64,000 nt of DNA from Longimicrobiales bacterium (GCA_036374995.1 DASUSS010000152.1:1123-65122), one strand, 5' to 3'; shown: positions 40,439 to 51,375, numbered from the stretch's first letter. Notes: a model not told the origin generated them from the letters alone. Translations and numbers: made by a program.

Positions 40439-40476
40439 ACGGCCCCTTTCGGACGGGCACCCAGGCAGGAGGCGGC

Positions 40477-40824
40477 ATGGCGCGTCACAACCGCGACGCT
40501 CGTGGCTCGGATCAGCGAGGCGAGAGCTACGAGCTGAGCTATCAGCCGGACTGGCTGCGGCTGATCAAGGTGACGCGCATGCTGGAGAGCGGGCGCCAGT
40601 CGACCAAGACGCTGTTCAAGAACATGGCCAGGCGGGAGCAGCCGCCCGGGGCACGCGTCCGGACCCGCGTCTCGTCGCGCGATCAGCGGGTCGAGTTCGA
40701 GATCGAGGTGGACGACCCGCAGGGCGTCGTGCGCAGGATCATTGTCGAGACGGAGCCGCCGGCGGGCGGCGAGCGTCTCGTCTTCACGATCGACGGACAT
40801 CCCCCCCAGAAACGGCGCTCCTGA
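40477..40824 (+). CDS. Hypothetical basic protein
   Basis: AGGAGG before ATG 40477. 115 aa. Confidence 0.45.
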   Translation: MARHNRDARGSDQRGESYELSYQPDWLRLIKVTRMLESGRQSTKTLFKNMARREQPPGARVRTRVSSRDQRVEFEIEVDDPQGVVRRIIVETEPPAGGERLVFTIDGHPPQKRRS

Positions 40825-40842
40825 CGCGCGGGTGTCGCCACG

Positions 40843-41805
40843 TCAGAAAACGTACCGCAGCGGATTGCGGCGCACATCGGCGAGCAGCGAGTCCAGCTCC
40901 GCCCGCGCCGCGCCGATCGCGCGCATGAGCGCGCTGTCCTGCTGCATGCGCGCGAGCGTGCCGTTCGGATCGCCGAGCGACTCGCTCGCCGCTGCGAGCC
41001 GCACGTTCAGCGAATCCACGCGCTGCTGCACTCGAGCAAGCGCCACGCGAAGCTCCGAGCTCCGGCCCGCCCGCTCGCGCAGCGCCGCAACCAGCGCGGG
41101 CAGTGCGGCTGCGTGTGCGCGGGTATTCTCGAGCGCTGCCCTGAACGCCGGATCGCGCAGCAGCGCGTAGCCCGGATTCGCGTCGAGATCCGCCTGCATC
41201 ACGCGCGCCTCGTCGACGGCTGCACCCAGTCCCTCGAACGCCCGCTCCGTCTGCACGAGCCGCGCCCGTATCGCGGGCGTATACGCGCTCAGGTCGGCGA
41301 GCACGGCATCCAGCTCGCGCTTCACCGCCTCCGCCCGGTTCGTCAGCTGTCGCGGCGTCAGCTGCATCACCTCGCGCAGCGTGTCGCCCGGCGTGAGTAC
41401 GGGAGCGGCGGCACTGCCCGCCGTGATGTTGACCGCACGCTCACTCATGATGTTGATCGATGTGAGATGGACGCGACTGTCGGCGCGCACCTGGGATTGC
41501 ACGCTGCGGGGCAGCTCGATGCGAAGGAGGACGCGCTCGAGGGTGTCGCGGCCGGCGGGGAGCAGGCCGACGGCCGTGACGGTGCCGATCGGGCGGCCAC
41601 TGACCCAGACGGGGGAGCCATCCACCAGACCCGCTCCGCCCGCGATGACGGCGAAGATGGCATAATCCTCACGGAACGCGCCGCGCAGGTCATCGAGGAA
41701 GAAGATGAGCAGGGCGGATGTCAGGAGCAGTGCGATGATGAGCGTGCCGGCGACGATGCGGCGGCTCTGGCGCGCTCCTGCGGCGGTGCTATCTTCGCCC
41801 GCCAT
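40843..41805 (-). CDS. MCE/MlaD-family protein
   Basis: N-terminal TM followed by the MCE core (VDGSPVWVSGRPIGTVTAV) and a long helical C-terminus. Start at 41805 or 41823. Confidence 0.7.
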   Translation of the reverse strand: MAGEDSTAAGARQSRRIVAGTLIIALLLTSALLIFFLDDLRGAFREDYAIFAVIAGGAGLVDGSPVWVSGRPIGTVTAVGLLPAGRDTLERVLLRIELPRSVQSQVRADSRVHLTSINIMSERAVNITAGSAAAPVLTPGDTLREVMQLTPRQLTNRAEAVKRELDAVLADLSAYTPAIRARLVQTERAFEGLGAAVDEARVMQADLDANPGYALLRDPAFRAALENTRAHAAALPALVAALRERAGRSSELRVALARVQQRVDSLNVRLAAASESLGDPNGTLARMQQDSALMRAIGAARAELDSLLADVRRNPLRYVF

Positions 41806-42616
41806 GATTCGTCTCGGCCACATCGACTACAGCAATTGCGTTCCCGTTCATGCGCTGATCCTGGAGCGTGGTGCACGCGAGGTGGAGGTCGTGCGGGACA
41901 TCCCGTCGCGGCTGAATGCAGCACTGGCGGCGGGCGAGATCGACGTGGCTCCGTGCTCGAGCATCGAGTATGCGCGCCATGCCGACGAGTATGTGATCCT
42001 GCCGCACCACGCGATCGGCTCGGCGGGTCCGGTGCAGAGCATCCTGCTGGAGAGCTCCGTTGCGCTGGAGCGGCTGCACGGCGCGGTCGTGGCGCTGCCG
42101 ACGGCGTCGGCGACATCGGTCGTCCTGCTGCGTGTGCTGCTCGAGCTGCGGCTCGGCATCCGGCCGCGGTACGAGTGGTACGTGCAGGGCGACGCGGAGG
42201 AGGCGGGGGTGGACGGAGCGAGCGCGACGCTCCGCATCGGGGATGTCGCGTTGCGGCGGCACGCGGCACCGGGCAGCACCGTTCATGATCTGGGCGCGGA
42301 ATGGTGGACGTGGACCGGCCTGCCGTTCGCGTTCGCGGTCTGGCAGGTGCGCCGCGCGACGGACCGGGCCGAGGTCCGGCGCCTCGCGGGGCTGCTGGCC
42401 GAGTCGCGCGCGTGGTTCTGCGCGAACGACCGGCGGCTCGCGCGCGAGTATGCGGCCGGCTTCGGTCTCACGCCGGATCGCCTGCTGCGCTACTGGCACT
42501 CGCTGCGTTTCGATCTCGATCCCCCCATGCAGCAGGGTCTGCTGCGTTTCTATCGTCATGCCGCCGAGCTGGGTGAGGCGCCGCCGGTGTCGTCACTCGC
42601 GATCCTGGATCCGTAG
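41804..42616 (+). CDS. mqnA: Chorismate dehydratase MqnA (futalosine menaquinone pathway)
   Basis: MIRLGHIDYSNCVPV N-terminus and a length of about 270 aa are typical of MqnA/DUF178. Confidence 0.75.
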   Translation: MIRLGHIDYSNCVPVHALILERGAREVEVVRDIPSRLNAALAAGEIDVAPCSSIEYARHADEYVILPHHAIGSAGPVQSILLESSVALERLHGAVVALPTASATSVVLLRVLLELRLGIRPRYEWYVQGDAEEAGVDGASATLRIGDVALRRHAAPGSTVHDLGAEWWTWTGLPFAFAVWQVRRATDRAEVRRLAGLLAESRAWFCANDRRLAREYAAGFGLTPDRLLRYWHSLRFDLDPPMQQGLLRFYRHAAELGEAPPVSSLAILDP

Positions 42617-42687
42617 CGCCACCGGGGTCAGTGCAAGCGGCGGGCCGAGGGTGGACATTCGCGCGCGCCGCTGACTACCTTTCGAGC

Positions 42688-43470
42688 ATGAACGCCTCCT
42701 GGACGTCACCCGTCGCCTGGGTCGGCCGCTCCGCGCTCGGCACGGCGGCAGGGTTCGGCCGCTTCGGCGCGTTCGCGTCCAGCGTCGCACGCGGCGGGCG
42801 CGATGCCGGCACGTGGAGCCGGCTCCTGGTATCGCACATGGCCCGCCTGGGCGTGGAGTCGCTGCCCATCGCGCTCTTCATTGCCGCGTTCACCGGCATC
42901 GTCCTCGCGCTCCAGGCATCGTACACGTTCACGGGCGCGATCCCGCTGTACTTCGTGGGCGTGCTCGTCGGCAAGACCATGATCCTCGAGCTGGGCCCGG
43001 TGCTGACGGGGCTCGCGCTCGCCGGCCGGGTCGGCGCGAACATCGCCGCCGAGATCGGCACGATGCGTGTCACCGAGCAGATCGATGCGCTCGAGACGCT
43101 CGGCTACGATCCGCTCGCCTATCTGGTCGTGCCGCGCGTCATTGCGGGCGTGCTGATGTTCCCGGTAGTGGTCGCGTTCGCGAATGCGATCGGCATCCTC
43201 GGCGGCTGGATCACTGCGCTCAATCTGCTGGACATGTCGACGCCGCAGTTCGTGCGGGGTCTGCGGCTGTTCTTCCAGCCGTTCGATGTCCAGTTCTCGC
43301 TCATCAAGGCCGCATCGTTCGGGCTGTCGGTCACGTCGATCGGTGCGTTCTACGGCTACAACACGATGGGCGGCGCGGCGGCGGTCGGGCAGTCGACGAC
43401 GCAGGCGGTGGTGGTCAGCAGCATGCTGATCCTGGTGCTCGATGCGTTCTGGGCGGTGGTGCTGCTGTGA
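42688..43470 (+). CDS. mlaE: ABC transporter permease, MlaE family
   Basis: Multi-TM protein with the EIGTMRVTEQIDALE signature. Confidence 0.8.
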   Translation: MNASWTSPVAWVGRSALGTAAGFGRFGAFASSVARGGRDAGTWSRLLVSHMARLGVESLPIALFIAAFTGIVLALQASYTFTGAIPLYFVGVLVGKTMILELGPVLTGLALAGRVGANIAAEIGTMRVTEQIDALETLGYDPLAYLVVPRVIAGVLMFPVVVAFANAIGILGGWITALNLLDMSTPQFVRGLRLFFQPFDVQFSLIKAASFGLSVTSIGAFYGYNTMGGAAAVGQSTTQAVVVSSMLILVLDAFWAVVLL

Positions 43471-44216
43471 GCATCGAGCTGCGCCATGTCCGGAAGGCGT
43501 TCGGCAGCCGCGTCATCCTCGATGACGTGTCGCTGACCGTGCAGGAGGGCGAGACGCTCGCCGTGATCGGCTACTCCGGTGTCGGCAAGTCCGTCCTGCT
43601 GAAGAGCATCGTGCGGCTGCTCGAGCCGGATGCCGGCGATGTGTTCGTGGACGGGGAGGATGTCCGGGCGATGGCGCGTGACCAGCTGTACGAGCTGCGC
43701 CGCCGCGTCGGCTATGTCTTCCAGTTCGCCGCACTCTTCGACTCGATGACGGTATTCGACAACGTGGCCATGGGGCTGCGCCGCATGCGCATGCCGGAGC
43801 CGGAGATCGCCGGGCGCGTCGAGGAGTCGCTCGGCCTCGTCGAGATGAGCGGATACGATGACCGGCTGCCGGCGCAGCTCTCCGGCGGACAGCGCAAGCG
43901 CGTCGGCCTCGCGCGCGCACTCGCGACCCGGCCCAAGTACGTCCTGTACGACGAGCCGACCACCGGGCTCGACCCGGTCACGACCTCGGTCATTGACGGG
44001 TTGATCATGAAGACGGCCCGCGAGCTGAGGGTCACCGGTGTGGTCGTGACGCACGACATGAAGAGTGCCTACCGCATCGCGGATCGCATCGCGATGCTCA
44101 ACGAGGGCGGCATCCGGTTCGTCGGTACGCCCACGGAAATCCAGCATACGGAGGACCGCGTGGTCCGTGGCTTCATCGAGGGCAGGCCGGAGCTCGCGCA
44201 GGAGGCGGTCGCGTGA
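43467..44216 (+). CDS. mlaF: ABC transporter ATP-binding protein, MlaF family
   Basis: GTGA overlap with mlaE. Walker A GYSGVGKS, signature LSGGQRKR, Walker B VLYDEPT. Confidence 0.85.
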   Translation: MSIELRHVRKAFGSRVILDDVSLTVQEGETLAVIGYSGVGKSVLLKSIVRLLEPDAGDVFVDGEDVRAMARDQLYELRRRVGYVFQFAALFDSMTVFDNVAMGLRRMRMPEPEIAGRVEESLGLVEMSGYDDRLPAQLSGGQRKRVGLARALATRPKYVLYDEPTTGLDPVTTSVIDGLIMKTARELRVTGVVVTHDMKSAYRIADRIAMLNEGGIRFVGTPTEIQHTEDRVVRGFIEGRPELAQEAVA

Positions 44217-45202
44217 GCCGGCGCAACGAGGTCGTGGTAGGTGCCGTCGTCATCCTGGCCATCCTGCTCATCGTGATCGGCACCATCTGGATGCAGGGTC
44301 TCGCGTTCGGCAGCGAGGAGCGCATCGTGCAGGCGCGCTTCCGCGAAGTGGCCCAGCTGCTCGTCGGCGGCAAGGTGAAGTACCGCGGCGTGCCGATCGG
44401 GCGCGTGGAGTCGATCGAGTTCGAGCCGGGCGGTGCGGCCGTGATCGTGTCGCTGGCGGTCGACTCGGACGTCACGCTGCCGGAGGATGCGGCAGTGATG
44501 CTCTCCCCGGAGTCGTTCTTCGGCGACTGGCAGGCGGAGGTCATCTCGCGGCGGATGTTCGCGACGTACGAGTATACGGAGCCGGTCGAGAGCGGCATGC
44601 TGCCCGGCTACACGTTGCCCGAGATCTCGCGGCTCACGGCCGTCGCCGACGAGATCGCCGGCAACCTGGCCACGATCAGCACCCGCATCGAGCTCGCGTT
44701 CACCGAGGAGACGGCACTGAACGTGCGCGAGGCGATCGAGAACATCCAGCGCGCGAGCGGCGAGCTCGCTGGACTGATGAACTCGCAGCAGGCGGCGATC
44801 GAGGAAGTCGCGTCCAACCTGGAGCGCACCTCGGAGGCGGCGGGCCAGGCGGCGCTGACGCTGCAGCGTTCGTTCGCAGAGGTCGAGGCGGCGATCGCGG
44901 GCGGCCGGCTGGTGAACATCGTGACGAACGTGGATCGCGCGACGTCGCGCACCGACTCGCTCGTGTCGCTGCTGGTGCAGACGAGCCGCGACCTCAGCAA
45001 CACGGCGGTATCCGCCGACAGCACGTTCCGGATGGTGAGCAGCATTGCGAGTGACATCCAGCGCGGCGAGGGGTCGCTCGGGCGGCTGATCCAGGACACG
45101 ACCCTGTACATGAGCCTCGTGCAGACGAACGTCGAGATGCAGACGCTGCTGCGTGACATCCGGCGGAATCCGAGGCGGTACATCAATCTCACCATCTTCT
45201 AG
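44213..45202 (+). CDS. MCE/MlaD-family substrate-binding protein
   Basis: GTGA overlap with mlaF. N-terminal TM, MCE core ([17 protein letters not shown]), helical C-terminus. Confidence 0.75.
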   Translation: MSRRNEVVVGAVVILAILLIVIGTIWMQGLAFGSEERIVQARFREVAQLLVGGKVKYRGVPIGRVESIEFEPGGAAVIVSLAVDSDVTLPEDAAVMLSPESFFGDWQAEVISRRMFATYEYTEPVESGMLPGYTLPEISRLTAVADEIAGNLATISTRIELAFTEETALNVREAIENIQRASGELAGLMNSQQAAIEEVASNLERTSEAAGQAALTLQRSFAEVEAAIAGGRLVNIVTNVDRATSRTDSLVSLLVQTSRDLSNTAVSADSTFRMVSSIASDIQRGEGSLGRLIQDTTLYMSLVQTNVEMQTLLRDIRRNPRRYINLTIF

Positions 45203-45219
45203 CGAGCTCCCGATCCCTC

Positions 45220-46461
45220 GTGAGCCTCATCGTACAGAAATACGGCGGCACGTCGGTCGGCACGCCGGAGCGGGTCAGGGCGGTCGCGCGGCGGGTCGCG
45301 GCGGAGCGGCGGACGGGTGCGGCGGTCGTGGTGGTCGTATCCGCGATGGGACACACGACGGACGAGCTGACGGCGCTGGCGGCACAGGTGACGCCCGATG
45401 CGCGGCGCCGCCACCCGCGCGAGCTCGACATGCTGCTGACCGCGGGTGAGCGGATCGCAATGGCGCTCGTCGCGATGGCGATCGGCGACTGCGGCATCGA
45501 CGCGATCAGTCTCACCGGCTCCCAGGCGGCGATCATAACGGACAATACGCACACCGGTGCGCGGATCGAGGAAGTGCGCGCCGAGCGGGTGCGCGAGGAG
45601 GTCGCCCGCGGGCGGGTCGTCATCGTGGCGGGCTTCCAGGGCGTGAGCCGGGCCCGCGAGGTGACTACGCTCGGGCGCGGCGGCTCGGATACGACGGCCG
45701 TTGCGCTCGCGGCCGCGCTGCACGCCGACCGGTGCGATATCTTCACGGACGTCGACGGCGTCTACACCGCAGACCCGCGGCGCGTCCCGGACGCGCGGAT
45801 CCTGCGCGAGGTGGATTACGACGACATGGTCGAGCTGGCGGCCTCGGGCGCGCAGGTGCTGCACCCGCGCGCCGTCGAGATCGCAGCGCGCTTCGGCGTG
45901 CCGGTCCGGGTGCTGTCGTCGTTCCGGGACCCGGACGCCGCGGGCGGCACGCTCATCACGAGGAGAAGGAACCGCATGGAAGGGCTGGTCCTGACGGGGC
46001 TCGCGAGCGAGGGCGCTCAGGCGAAGCTGACGGTGCGGGGGTTGCCGCCGTCGATGGAGGCCATGACGCGGATCATGTCCGCGCTCGCCGCCGAACGCAT
46101 CTCCGTCGACACGCTCACGCCGGCGGATCGGCAGGACGGGCGGCGACAGCTCCAGATCACGATCGATGACGCCGACCTGGCGCGTGCACTCGAGGTCTGC
46201 CGCGGGCTGGTGCAGAGTCTCGGCGGCGAAGCCGTCGACGTGCAGCGCGGCCTGAGCAAGGTCACGCTCGTCGGCAGCGGCATGACCGGCATGCCGGGCG
46301 TCTATGCGCGTGCGCTCGAGGCGCTGCTCGCTGCCGGCGTCGACGTGCACGCACTCGGTACCTCCTCCGTCTCCATCTCCTTCCTCGTCGATTCCGCCGC
46401 GGAGGAGCGGACCTTGCAAGCGCTCCACACCGTGTTCGATCTGGCGAAGGTGACCGGATGA
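45220..46461 (+). CDS. lysC: Aspartate kinase
   Basis: [20 protein letters not shown]-terminal ACT repeats. Confidence 0.9.
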   Translation: MSLIVQKYGGTSVGTPERVRAVARRVAAERRTGAAVVVVVSAMGHTTDELTALAAQVTPDARRRHPRELDMLLTAGERIAMALVAMAIGDCGIDAISLTGSQAAIITDNTHTGARIEEVRAERVREEVARGRVVIVAGFQGVSRAREVTTLGRGGSDTTAVALAAALHADRCDIFTDVDGVYTADPRRVPDARILREVDYDDMVELAASGAQVLHPRAVEIAARFGVPVRVLSSFRDPDAAGGTLITRRRNRMEGLVLTGLASEGAQAKLTVRGLPPSMEAMTRIMSALAAERISVDTLTPADRQDGRRQLQITIDDADLARALEVCRGLVQSLGGEAVDVQRGLSKVTLVGSGMTGMPGVYARALEALLAAGVDVHALGTSSVSISFLVDSAAEERTLQALHTVFDLAKVTG

Positions 46462-47453
46462 AGGTTGCGGTTCTGGGTGCGACGGGCGCGGTCGGCCGCA
46501 CCATGCTGCGAGTGATGGAGGAACGGCAGTTCCCGGCAGAGGCGATCGTGCCGCTCGCCTCGGAGCGGTCCGCCGGCATCGCCGTGCCCTGGAACGGCCG
46601 CGAGTGGCCCGTACTGCCGCCCTCACGCGAAGCGTTCGACGGCTGCGACATCGCGCTGTTCTCGGCGGGTGCGGCCCGCAGCCGGCAATGGGCGCCGATC
46701 GCCGCCGAAACGGGTGCAGTCGTGATCGACAACTCGTCGGCGTGGCGCATGCATCCGCGCGTTCCGCTCGTCGTACCCGAGATCAATGCGGCCGCCGCCG
46801 CGGACCGGCCGCTCGGCATCATTGCGAACCCGAATTGTGCGACGATCCAGCTGGTGATCGTGCTCGCGGCGCTGCACCGTCGCTCGCCGCTTCGGCGGGT
46901 GGTCGTCACCACGCTCCAGGCGGTCTCGGGCGCGGGCCAGCAGGGTCTGGCTGCGCTGCGGGCCGAGCTGGCCGGCGGTACGGCGGACGACTCGCCGTTC
47001 GTGGCGCCGATCGCCGGGAACGTGATTCCGTGGATCGGCCCGCGTCTCGATGACGGCTGGAACGAGGAAGAGGAGAAGATCCGCGGCGAGACACGCAAGA
47101 TCCTCGACCTCGCGGATCTGCCGGTGGCGGCCACGTGCGTGCGCGTGCCGGTGGAGACGGGTCACTCGATCTCGGCGACCGTGGAGCTGTCGGAGCCGCT
47201 CTCGCCGCGCGAGCTGCGGAGCGCGCTCGCCGCGATGGACGGGCTGGTCGTGGCCGACGCCATGCGCGATCCGCTGCCCCGCGATGCCGCGGGCACCGAT
47301 GAGGTGCGGGTCGGGCACGTGCGCAGCGACCGTGACCTGCCCCACGTCGTGCACCTGTGGATCGTCGCGGACAACCTGCGCAAGGGTGCCGCGACGAACG
47401 CCGTCCAGATCGCCGAGTCGCTGGTGCGCGCCGCGACGGTGCCGCATGGGTGA
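46458..47453 (+). CDS. asd: Aspartate-semialdehyde dehydrogenase
   Basis: ATGA overlap with lys[12 protein letters not shown], active-site NPNCATI. Confidence 0.9.
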   Translation: MKVAVLGATGAVGRTMLRVMEERQFPAEAIVPLASERSAGIAVPWNGREWPVLPPSREAFDGCDIALFSAGAARSRQWAPIAAETGAVVIDNSSAWRMHPRVPLVVPEINAAAAADRPLGIIANPNCATIQLVIVLAALHRRSPLRRVVVTTLQAVSGAGQQGLAALRAELAGGTADDSPFVAPIAGNVIPWIGPRLDDGWNEEEEKIRGETRKILDLADLPVAATCVRVPVETGHSISATVELSEPLSPRELRSALAAMDGLVVADAMRDPLPRDAAGTDEVRVGHVRSDRDLPHVVHLWIVADNLRKGAATNAVQIAESLVRAATVPHG

Positions 47454-47973
47454 CGCGCCGCGTTCCTCCCGGCGCTCCGCTCGCGGGCGCCGTGCACGCC
47501 GGGCGCGGGTGGAGACGAGCTCCGGCGGTGTGGTGTTCCGCCGCGGTGCGGACGCGTTCGATTTCCTGCTGATCCGCGACCCGTACGACAACTGGGGCCT
47601 GCCGAAGGGTCACATCGAGGGCGGCGAGTCAGCCGCGGAGGCGGCGCTCCGCGAGGTCGAGGAGGAGACGGGGCTGCGCGCGCTCAGCATGGTGACCCAG
47701 CTGCCGACGATCGACTGGTTCTTCCGCGACCGCGGCCGGCTCGTCCACAAGTTCTGTCATTTCTTTCTCGTCGAATGCACGGCCGGCGACCCCGCGCCGC
47801 AGCTCGCGGAGGGGATAACCGAATGCATCTGGCGTTCGGCCGACGCCGCGATCGAGACCATCAGCTACTCGAACGCGCGCGAGGTCATGCGCGCTGCGGC
47901 CCGCTGGCTCGCAGCGCCGGAGCCGCAGAGCCCCGCCGTGACGATGCTCCGGCTCGAGAACCGGATGCGCTGA
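47446..47973 (+). CDS. NUDIX hydrolase
   Basis: Nudix box GLPKGHIEGGESAAEAALREVEEETG. 8-nt overlap with the asd end. Confidence 0.7.
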   Translation: MGDAPRSSRRSARGRRARRARVETSSGGVVFRRGADAFDFLLIRDPYDNWGLPKGHIEGGESAAEAALREVEEETGLRALSMVTQLPTIDWFFRDRGRLVHKFCHFFLVECTAGDPAPQLAEGITECIWRSADAAIETISYSNAREVMRAAARWLAAPEPQSPAVTMLRLENRMR

Positions 47974-47995
47974 CCAACTCACCAGACCGGGTGCG

Positions 47996-49246
47996 ATGGA
48001 GCAGAAGACGATTCCGACGGAGCTGCGGTACATCTACGGCGCACTCGTGCTCGCGGTCGCTGCCGTGTTCCTGTTCAGCATCCACTCGGTGCTCTCGCCG
48101 TTCATCGCGTACATCGTGCTGCTGCTCCTGCTCGTCCCGTACGCGGGCACCGACCGGCACACGACAATCGTCATAGCGGCGACACTCGCGCTGCTGATCT
48201 GGCTGCTGGAAACGCTCGGCAGTCTGCTCGCACCGTTCATCCTGGCGTTCGTGCTCGCCTACATCCTCGATCCCGCCGTGGATGTGCTCGAGCGGCGGCG
48301 CATCGCGCGCGGTCCGGCAGTCGCCCTGCTCGTCGTGCCCGTGCTGCTGCTCATTGCGGTCGCGATCGCGTTCGCAATCCCCGCACTGGTGAACCAGATC
48401 GAAGCGCTCATCAGCCGGCTGCCGGCCGCCGCGGCGCGCGTGCTCGAGTGGCTCGAGCAGCTGCGCGCCAACGCGCAGCGCTGGAGACTGCCGTTCATCT
48501 CCGAAGAAGTTCTCGCGCGCTGGCTCGACGAGGAGCGGATCACGGCGTACATCGAGTCGCGGCAGCAGGCGATCGCCGAGGGCGCGTGGGGCACGCTGAC
48601 CGGCGTCGGCCGCGGACTCGGGTTCGCACTCTCCATCCTCGGATTCCTCGTGCTCACGCCCGTACTGATCGTCTACCTGCTCCGCGACTTCGACAACATC
48701 ACGCTGCGCGTGGCCGACCTCGTGCCGCAGGAGCGCAGGGAGGGCTGGCTCGCTTTCGCGCGCGAGTACGACGCGCTCCTGTCCCGCTTCCTGAGAGGTC
48801 AGGTGCTGCAGGCCACACTCGTCGGACTCATGACCTGGATCGGCCTGTGGATCGCCGGAGTCCCCTACGCCGGCCTCGTCGGCGCCATCGCCGGCGTGTT
48901 CAACCTCGTGCCCTATCTCGGACTCGTCGTCAGCATCGTGCCGGTGCTGATCATTGCACTCCTGAGCGGCAGCTTCCTCTCCATCATCCTGCGCGCCGGC
49001 ATCGTGTTCGCCATCGTGCAGACGATCGATTCGACGATCGCGGGACCGCGCATCGTCGGTACATCCGTCGGCCTGCATCCCGTCTGGGTCATTCTCGCAC
49101 TCGCCGTCGGCGGAGCGTTCTTCGGGTTCGTCGGCCTGCTCATCGCCGTGCCCGGCGCAGTGCTCATCAAACTGCTGCTGCGCGAGGGGCTCTCCCGATA
49201 TCGCCGCTCGGCGACGTTCCTGGGCGCGCGCAACCTGCCGGAGTGA
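47996..49246 (+). CDS. AI-2E family transporter (second copy)
   Basis: Multi-TM protein with FNLVPYLG. Paralogous layout to 17060..18124. Confidence 0.8.
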   Translation: MEQKTIPTELRYIYGALVLAVAAVFLFSIHSVLSPFIAYIVLLLLLVPYAGTDRHTTIVIAATLALLIWLLETLGSLLAPFILAFVLAYILDPAVDVLERRRIARGPAVALLVVPVLLLIAVAIAFAIPALVNQIEALISRLPAAAARVLEWLEQLRANAQRWRLPFISEEVLARWLDEERITAYIESRQQAIAEGAWGTLTGVGRGLGFALSILGFLVLTPVLIVYLLRDFDNITLRVADLVPQERREGWLAFAREYDALLSRFLRGQVLQATLVGLMTWIGLWIAGVPYAGLVGAIAGVFNLVPYLGLVVSIVPVLIIALLSGSFLSIILRAGIVFAIVQTIDSTIAGPRIVGTSVGLHPVWVILALAVGGAFFGFVGLLIAVPGAVLIKLLLREGLSRYRRSATFLGARNLPE

Positions 49247-49317
49247 GCGCTGCCTTGCGTGGCGCGCGCCACGAGCGCTAGCATCCCGCCGCCTCACTGC
49301 CTCACGGATCGGAGCAC

Positions 49318-50361
49318 ATGCACGTCGACTCGAGAGACCTGACCATCATCGGCGGCGGGCCGACCGGCCTGTTCGCTGCATTCTATGCCGGCCTGCGCGG
49401 CGTCTCCTGCCGCATCATCGATTCGCTGCCCGAGCTCGGCGGCCAGCTCACCGCGCTCTACCCGGAGAAGTACATCTACGATGTCGGCGGATTCCCGCGC
49501 ATCCTCGCGCGCGACCTCGCCGCCAACCTCGCCGAGCAGGGCACGCAGTTCGGTGCGGATGTGCGACTCGAAGAGCAGGTGCAGCAGCTGATCCATGACG
49601 GCGACGGCTACATCGTCACCACCGACCGCAACCGGTATCCCACGAAGGCCGTCCTGATCGCAGGCGGCAAGGGCGCCTTCGCGCCCCGCGTCCTCGAGTG
49701 CCCCGGCTACGACGCCCTGCTCGGCCGCGGCGTCGACTACCACGTGAAGGATCCCGCCCGCTACGCCGGCAAGCGCGTCCTCATCGTGGGTGGCGGCGAC
49801 TCCGCCGTCGACTGGGTGCTCAATCTCAAGGATGCGGCCACGCGCCTCATCATCATCCACCGGCGCGAGGGATTCCGCGCACACGCGCACTCCATGCGAC
49901 TCATGCACGAGGCCGTCGCGTCCGGCAGGGTCGAGCTGCTCACGCACCGCGAGGTCCGCGAGATCCACGGCGACGCCTGCGTCACCGCCGTCACCATCTT
50001 CGACAACCGCACCAACGAGGACACGACCTACGAGGTCGATGCCGTGCTCGCGCTCATCGGCTTCAAGCCCGACCTCGGACCCATCGGCACCTGGGGGCTC
50101 GAGCTCCAGCGCAACACCATCAGGGTGAACCAGCGCCTCGAAACCAATCTCCCCCGCGTCTACGCCGCCGGCGACATCGCGCACTACGAGGGTAAGCTCG
50201 AGCTCATCGCCACCGGCTTCAGCGAGGCCGCCATGGCCGTCAACCACGCCGTGCACGAGATCGATCCGAAAGCACGCTACAGCCCCGGACACTCCACGAA
50301 CCTCAAGCTGTTCAAGGACCGGGAGGCCGCCGAGGAAGCCGCGCTTTCCCGCGGCGATTGA
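49318..50361 (+). CDS. Ferredoxin--NADP+ reductase, thioredoxin-reductase-like (YumC type)
   Basis: IIGGGPTGLFAAFY, GGQL, second Rossmann IVGGGDSAVD. No CxxC redox pair. Confidence 0.85.
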   Translation: MHVDSRDLTIIGGGPTGLFAAFYAGLRGVSCRIIDSLPELGGQLTALYPEKYIYDVGGFPRILARDLAANLAEQGTQFGADVRLEEQVQQLIHDGDGYIVTTDRNRYPTKAVLIAGGKGAFAPRVLECPGYDALLGRGVDYHVKDPARYAGKRVLIVGGGDSAVDWVLNLKDAATRLIIIHRREGFRAHAHSMRLMHEAVASGRVELLTHREVREIHGDACVTAVTIFDNRTNEDTTYEVDAVLALIGFKPDLGPIGTWGLELQRNTIRVNQRLETNLPRVYAAGDIAHYEGKLELIATGFSEAAMAVNHAVHEIDPKARYSPGHSTNLKLFKDREAAEEAALSRGD

Positions 50362-50431
50362 CCCGCGGCTGGCATGTTTCCTGTATCCCGTCTCGCGTCG
50401 CCACACCACGTCATCCGGGCCGCGCGCCATC

Positions 50432-50830
50432 ATGAGTAACGCACAGAAGACCGTTCTGCTCGTCGAAGACAACGAGGACAATCTCGTCGTCTACCGCACC
50501 ATACTCGAGCACGTGGGTTACCGCGTCGTCGAGGCCCGCGATGGCGAGGAGGGCGTTCTGCGCGCTCGCGAGCAGATGCCCGACCTCATCCTCATGGACA
50601 TTTCCATCCCCAAGATGGACGGCTGGGAGGCGACACAGCGCCTCAAGGCCGATGACGGGACCCGCAACATCCCCATCATCGCCCTCACCGCCCACGCCCT
50701 CGAGGAGGACCGGCAGAAGGCCGTCCAGGCCGGCTGCGACGGATACCTCGCCAAGCCCGTCGAGCCCCGCCGCGTCGTCCAGGAGGTCGAGCGCTTCGTC
50801 GGCCCCGCGCGGGTGACCGGGCCGGCCTAG
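50432..50830 (+). CDS. Single-domain response regulator (CheY-like receiver)
   Basis: VLLVEDNEDN, phospho-acceptor LILMDISIP, conserved LTA and KP. Confidence 0.85.
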   Translation: MSNAQKTVLLVEDNEDNLVVYRTILEHVGYRVVEARDGEEGVLRAREQMPDLILMDISIPKMDGWEATQRLKADDGTRNIPIIALTAHALEEDRQKAVQAGCDGYLAKPVEPRRVVQEVERFVGPARVTGPA

Positions 50831-50864
50831 GAGGGGCGATCGGCCCGGGGCGTCTTGCGGCTCC

Positions 50865-50890
50865 ATTATCAATAATTATTATTGTTATAG
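50865..50890 (+). promoter_or_regulatory. AT-rich promoter / Fur-box-like operator
   Basis: ATTATCAATAATTATTATTGTTATAG is an isolated AT island holding an ATTATCA half-site and ATAAT hexamers, 31 nt upstream of the ferritin-like gene. Confidence 0.3.
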
Positions 50891-50920
50891 ACTGGAACTC
50901 GTAACCACGCAGGAGTCAAC

Positions 50921-51355
50921 ATGGCGGACAAGGGCAGGGCAGCGCTGATCGAGGGACTGAACGAGGATCTGGCCAACGAGTACACGGCGATCATCTCGTA
51001 CATGCTGTATTCGCGGCTGGCGAACGGGGCCGCGCGGCTGGAGCTGGCGGCGTTCTTCGAGGCGGAGATCGCGGACGAGCTGGAGCATGCGAAGTTCCTG
51101 TCGCACAAGATCGTGGCGCTGGGCGGCACGCCGGCGACGGCGCCCGCCCCGGTGGCGCTGACGCAGGACAACCAGGAGATGCTGCAGCTGGCGCTGAAGG
51201 CGGAGAAGGATACGATCCGGAGGTACTCGAAGCGGATCGAGCAGGCGGAAGCGGCGGGCGACATTGCGCTCAAGGTGGAGCTGGAGAACCTGGTCGCGGA
51301 GGAGACGCGTCACAAGGAGGATCTGGAGCGGGTGCTGCACGGCTGGCGGGACTAG
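50921..51355 (+). CDS. Ferritin-like di-iron protein (bacterioferritin/Dps-like four-helix bundle)
   Basis: Two E...ExxH sets (NEYTA...DELEH; EKDT...EETRH). AGGAG before the ATG. Confidence 0.75.
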   Translation: MADKGRAALIEGLNEDLANEYTAIISYMLYSRLANGAARLELAAFFEAEIADELEHAKFLSHKIVALGGTPATAPAPVALTQDNQEMLQLALKAEKDTIRRYSKRIEQAEAAGDIALKVELENLVAEETRHKEDLERVLHGWRD

Positions 51356-51375
51356 CGCGAGGCGACCGGCAGAGG

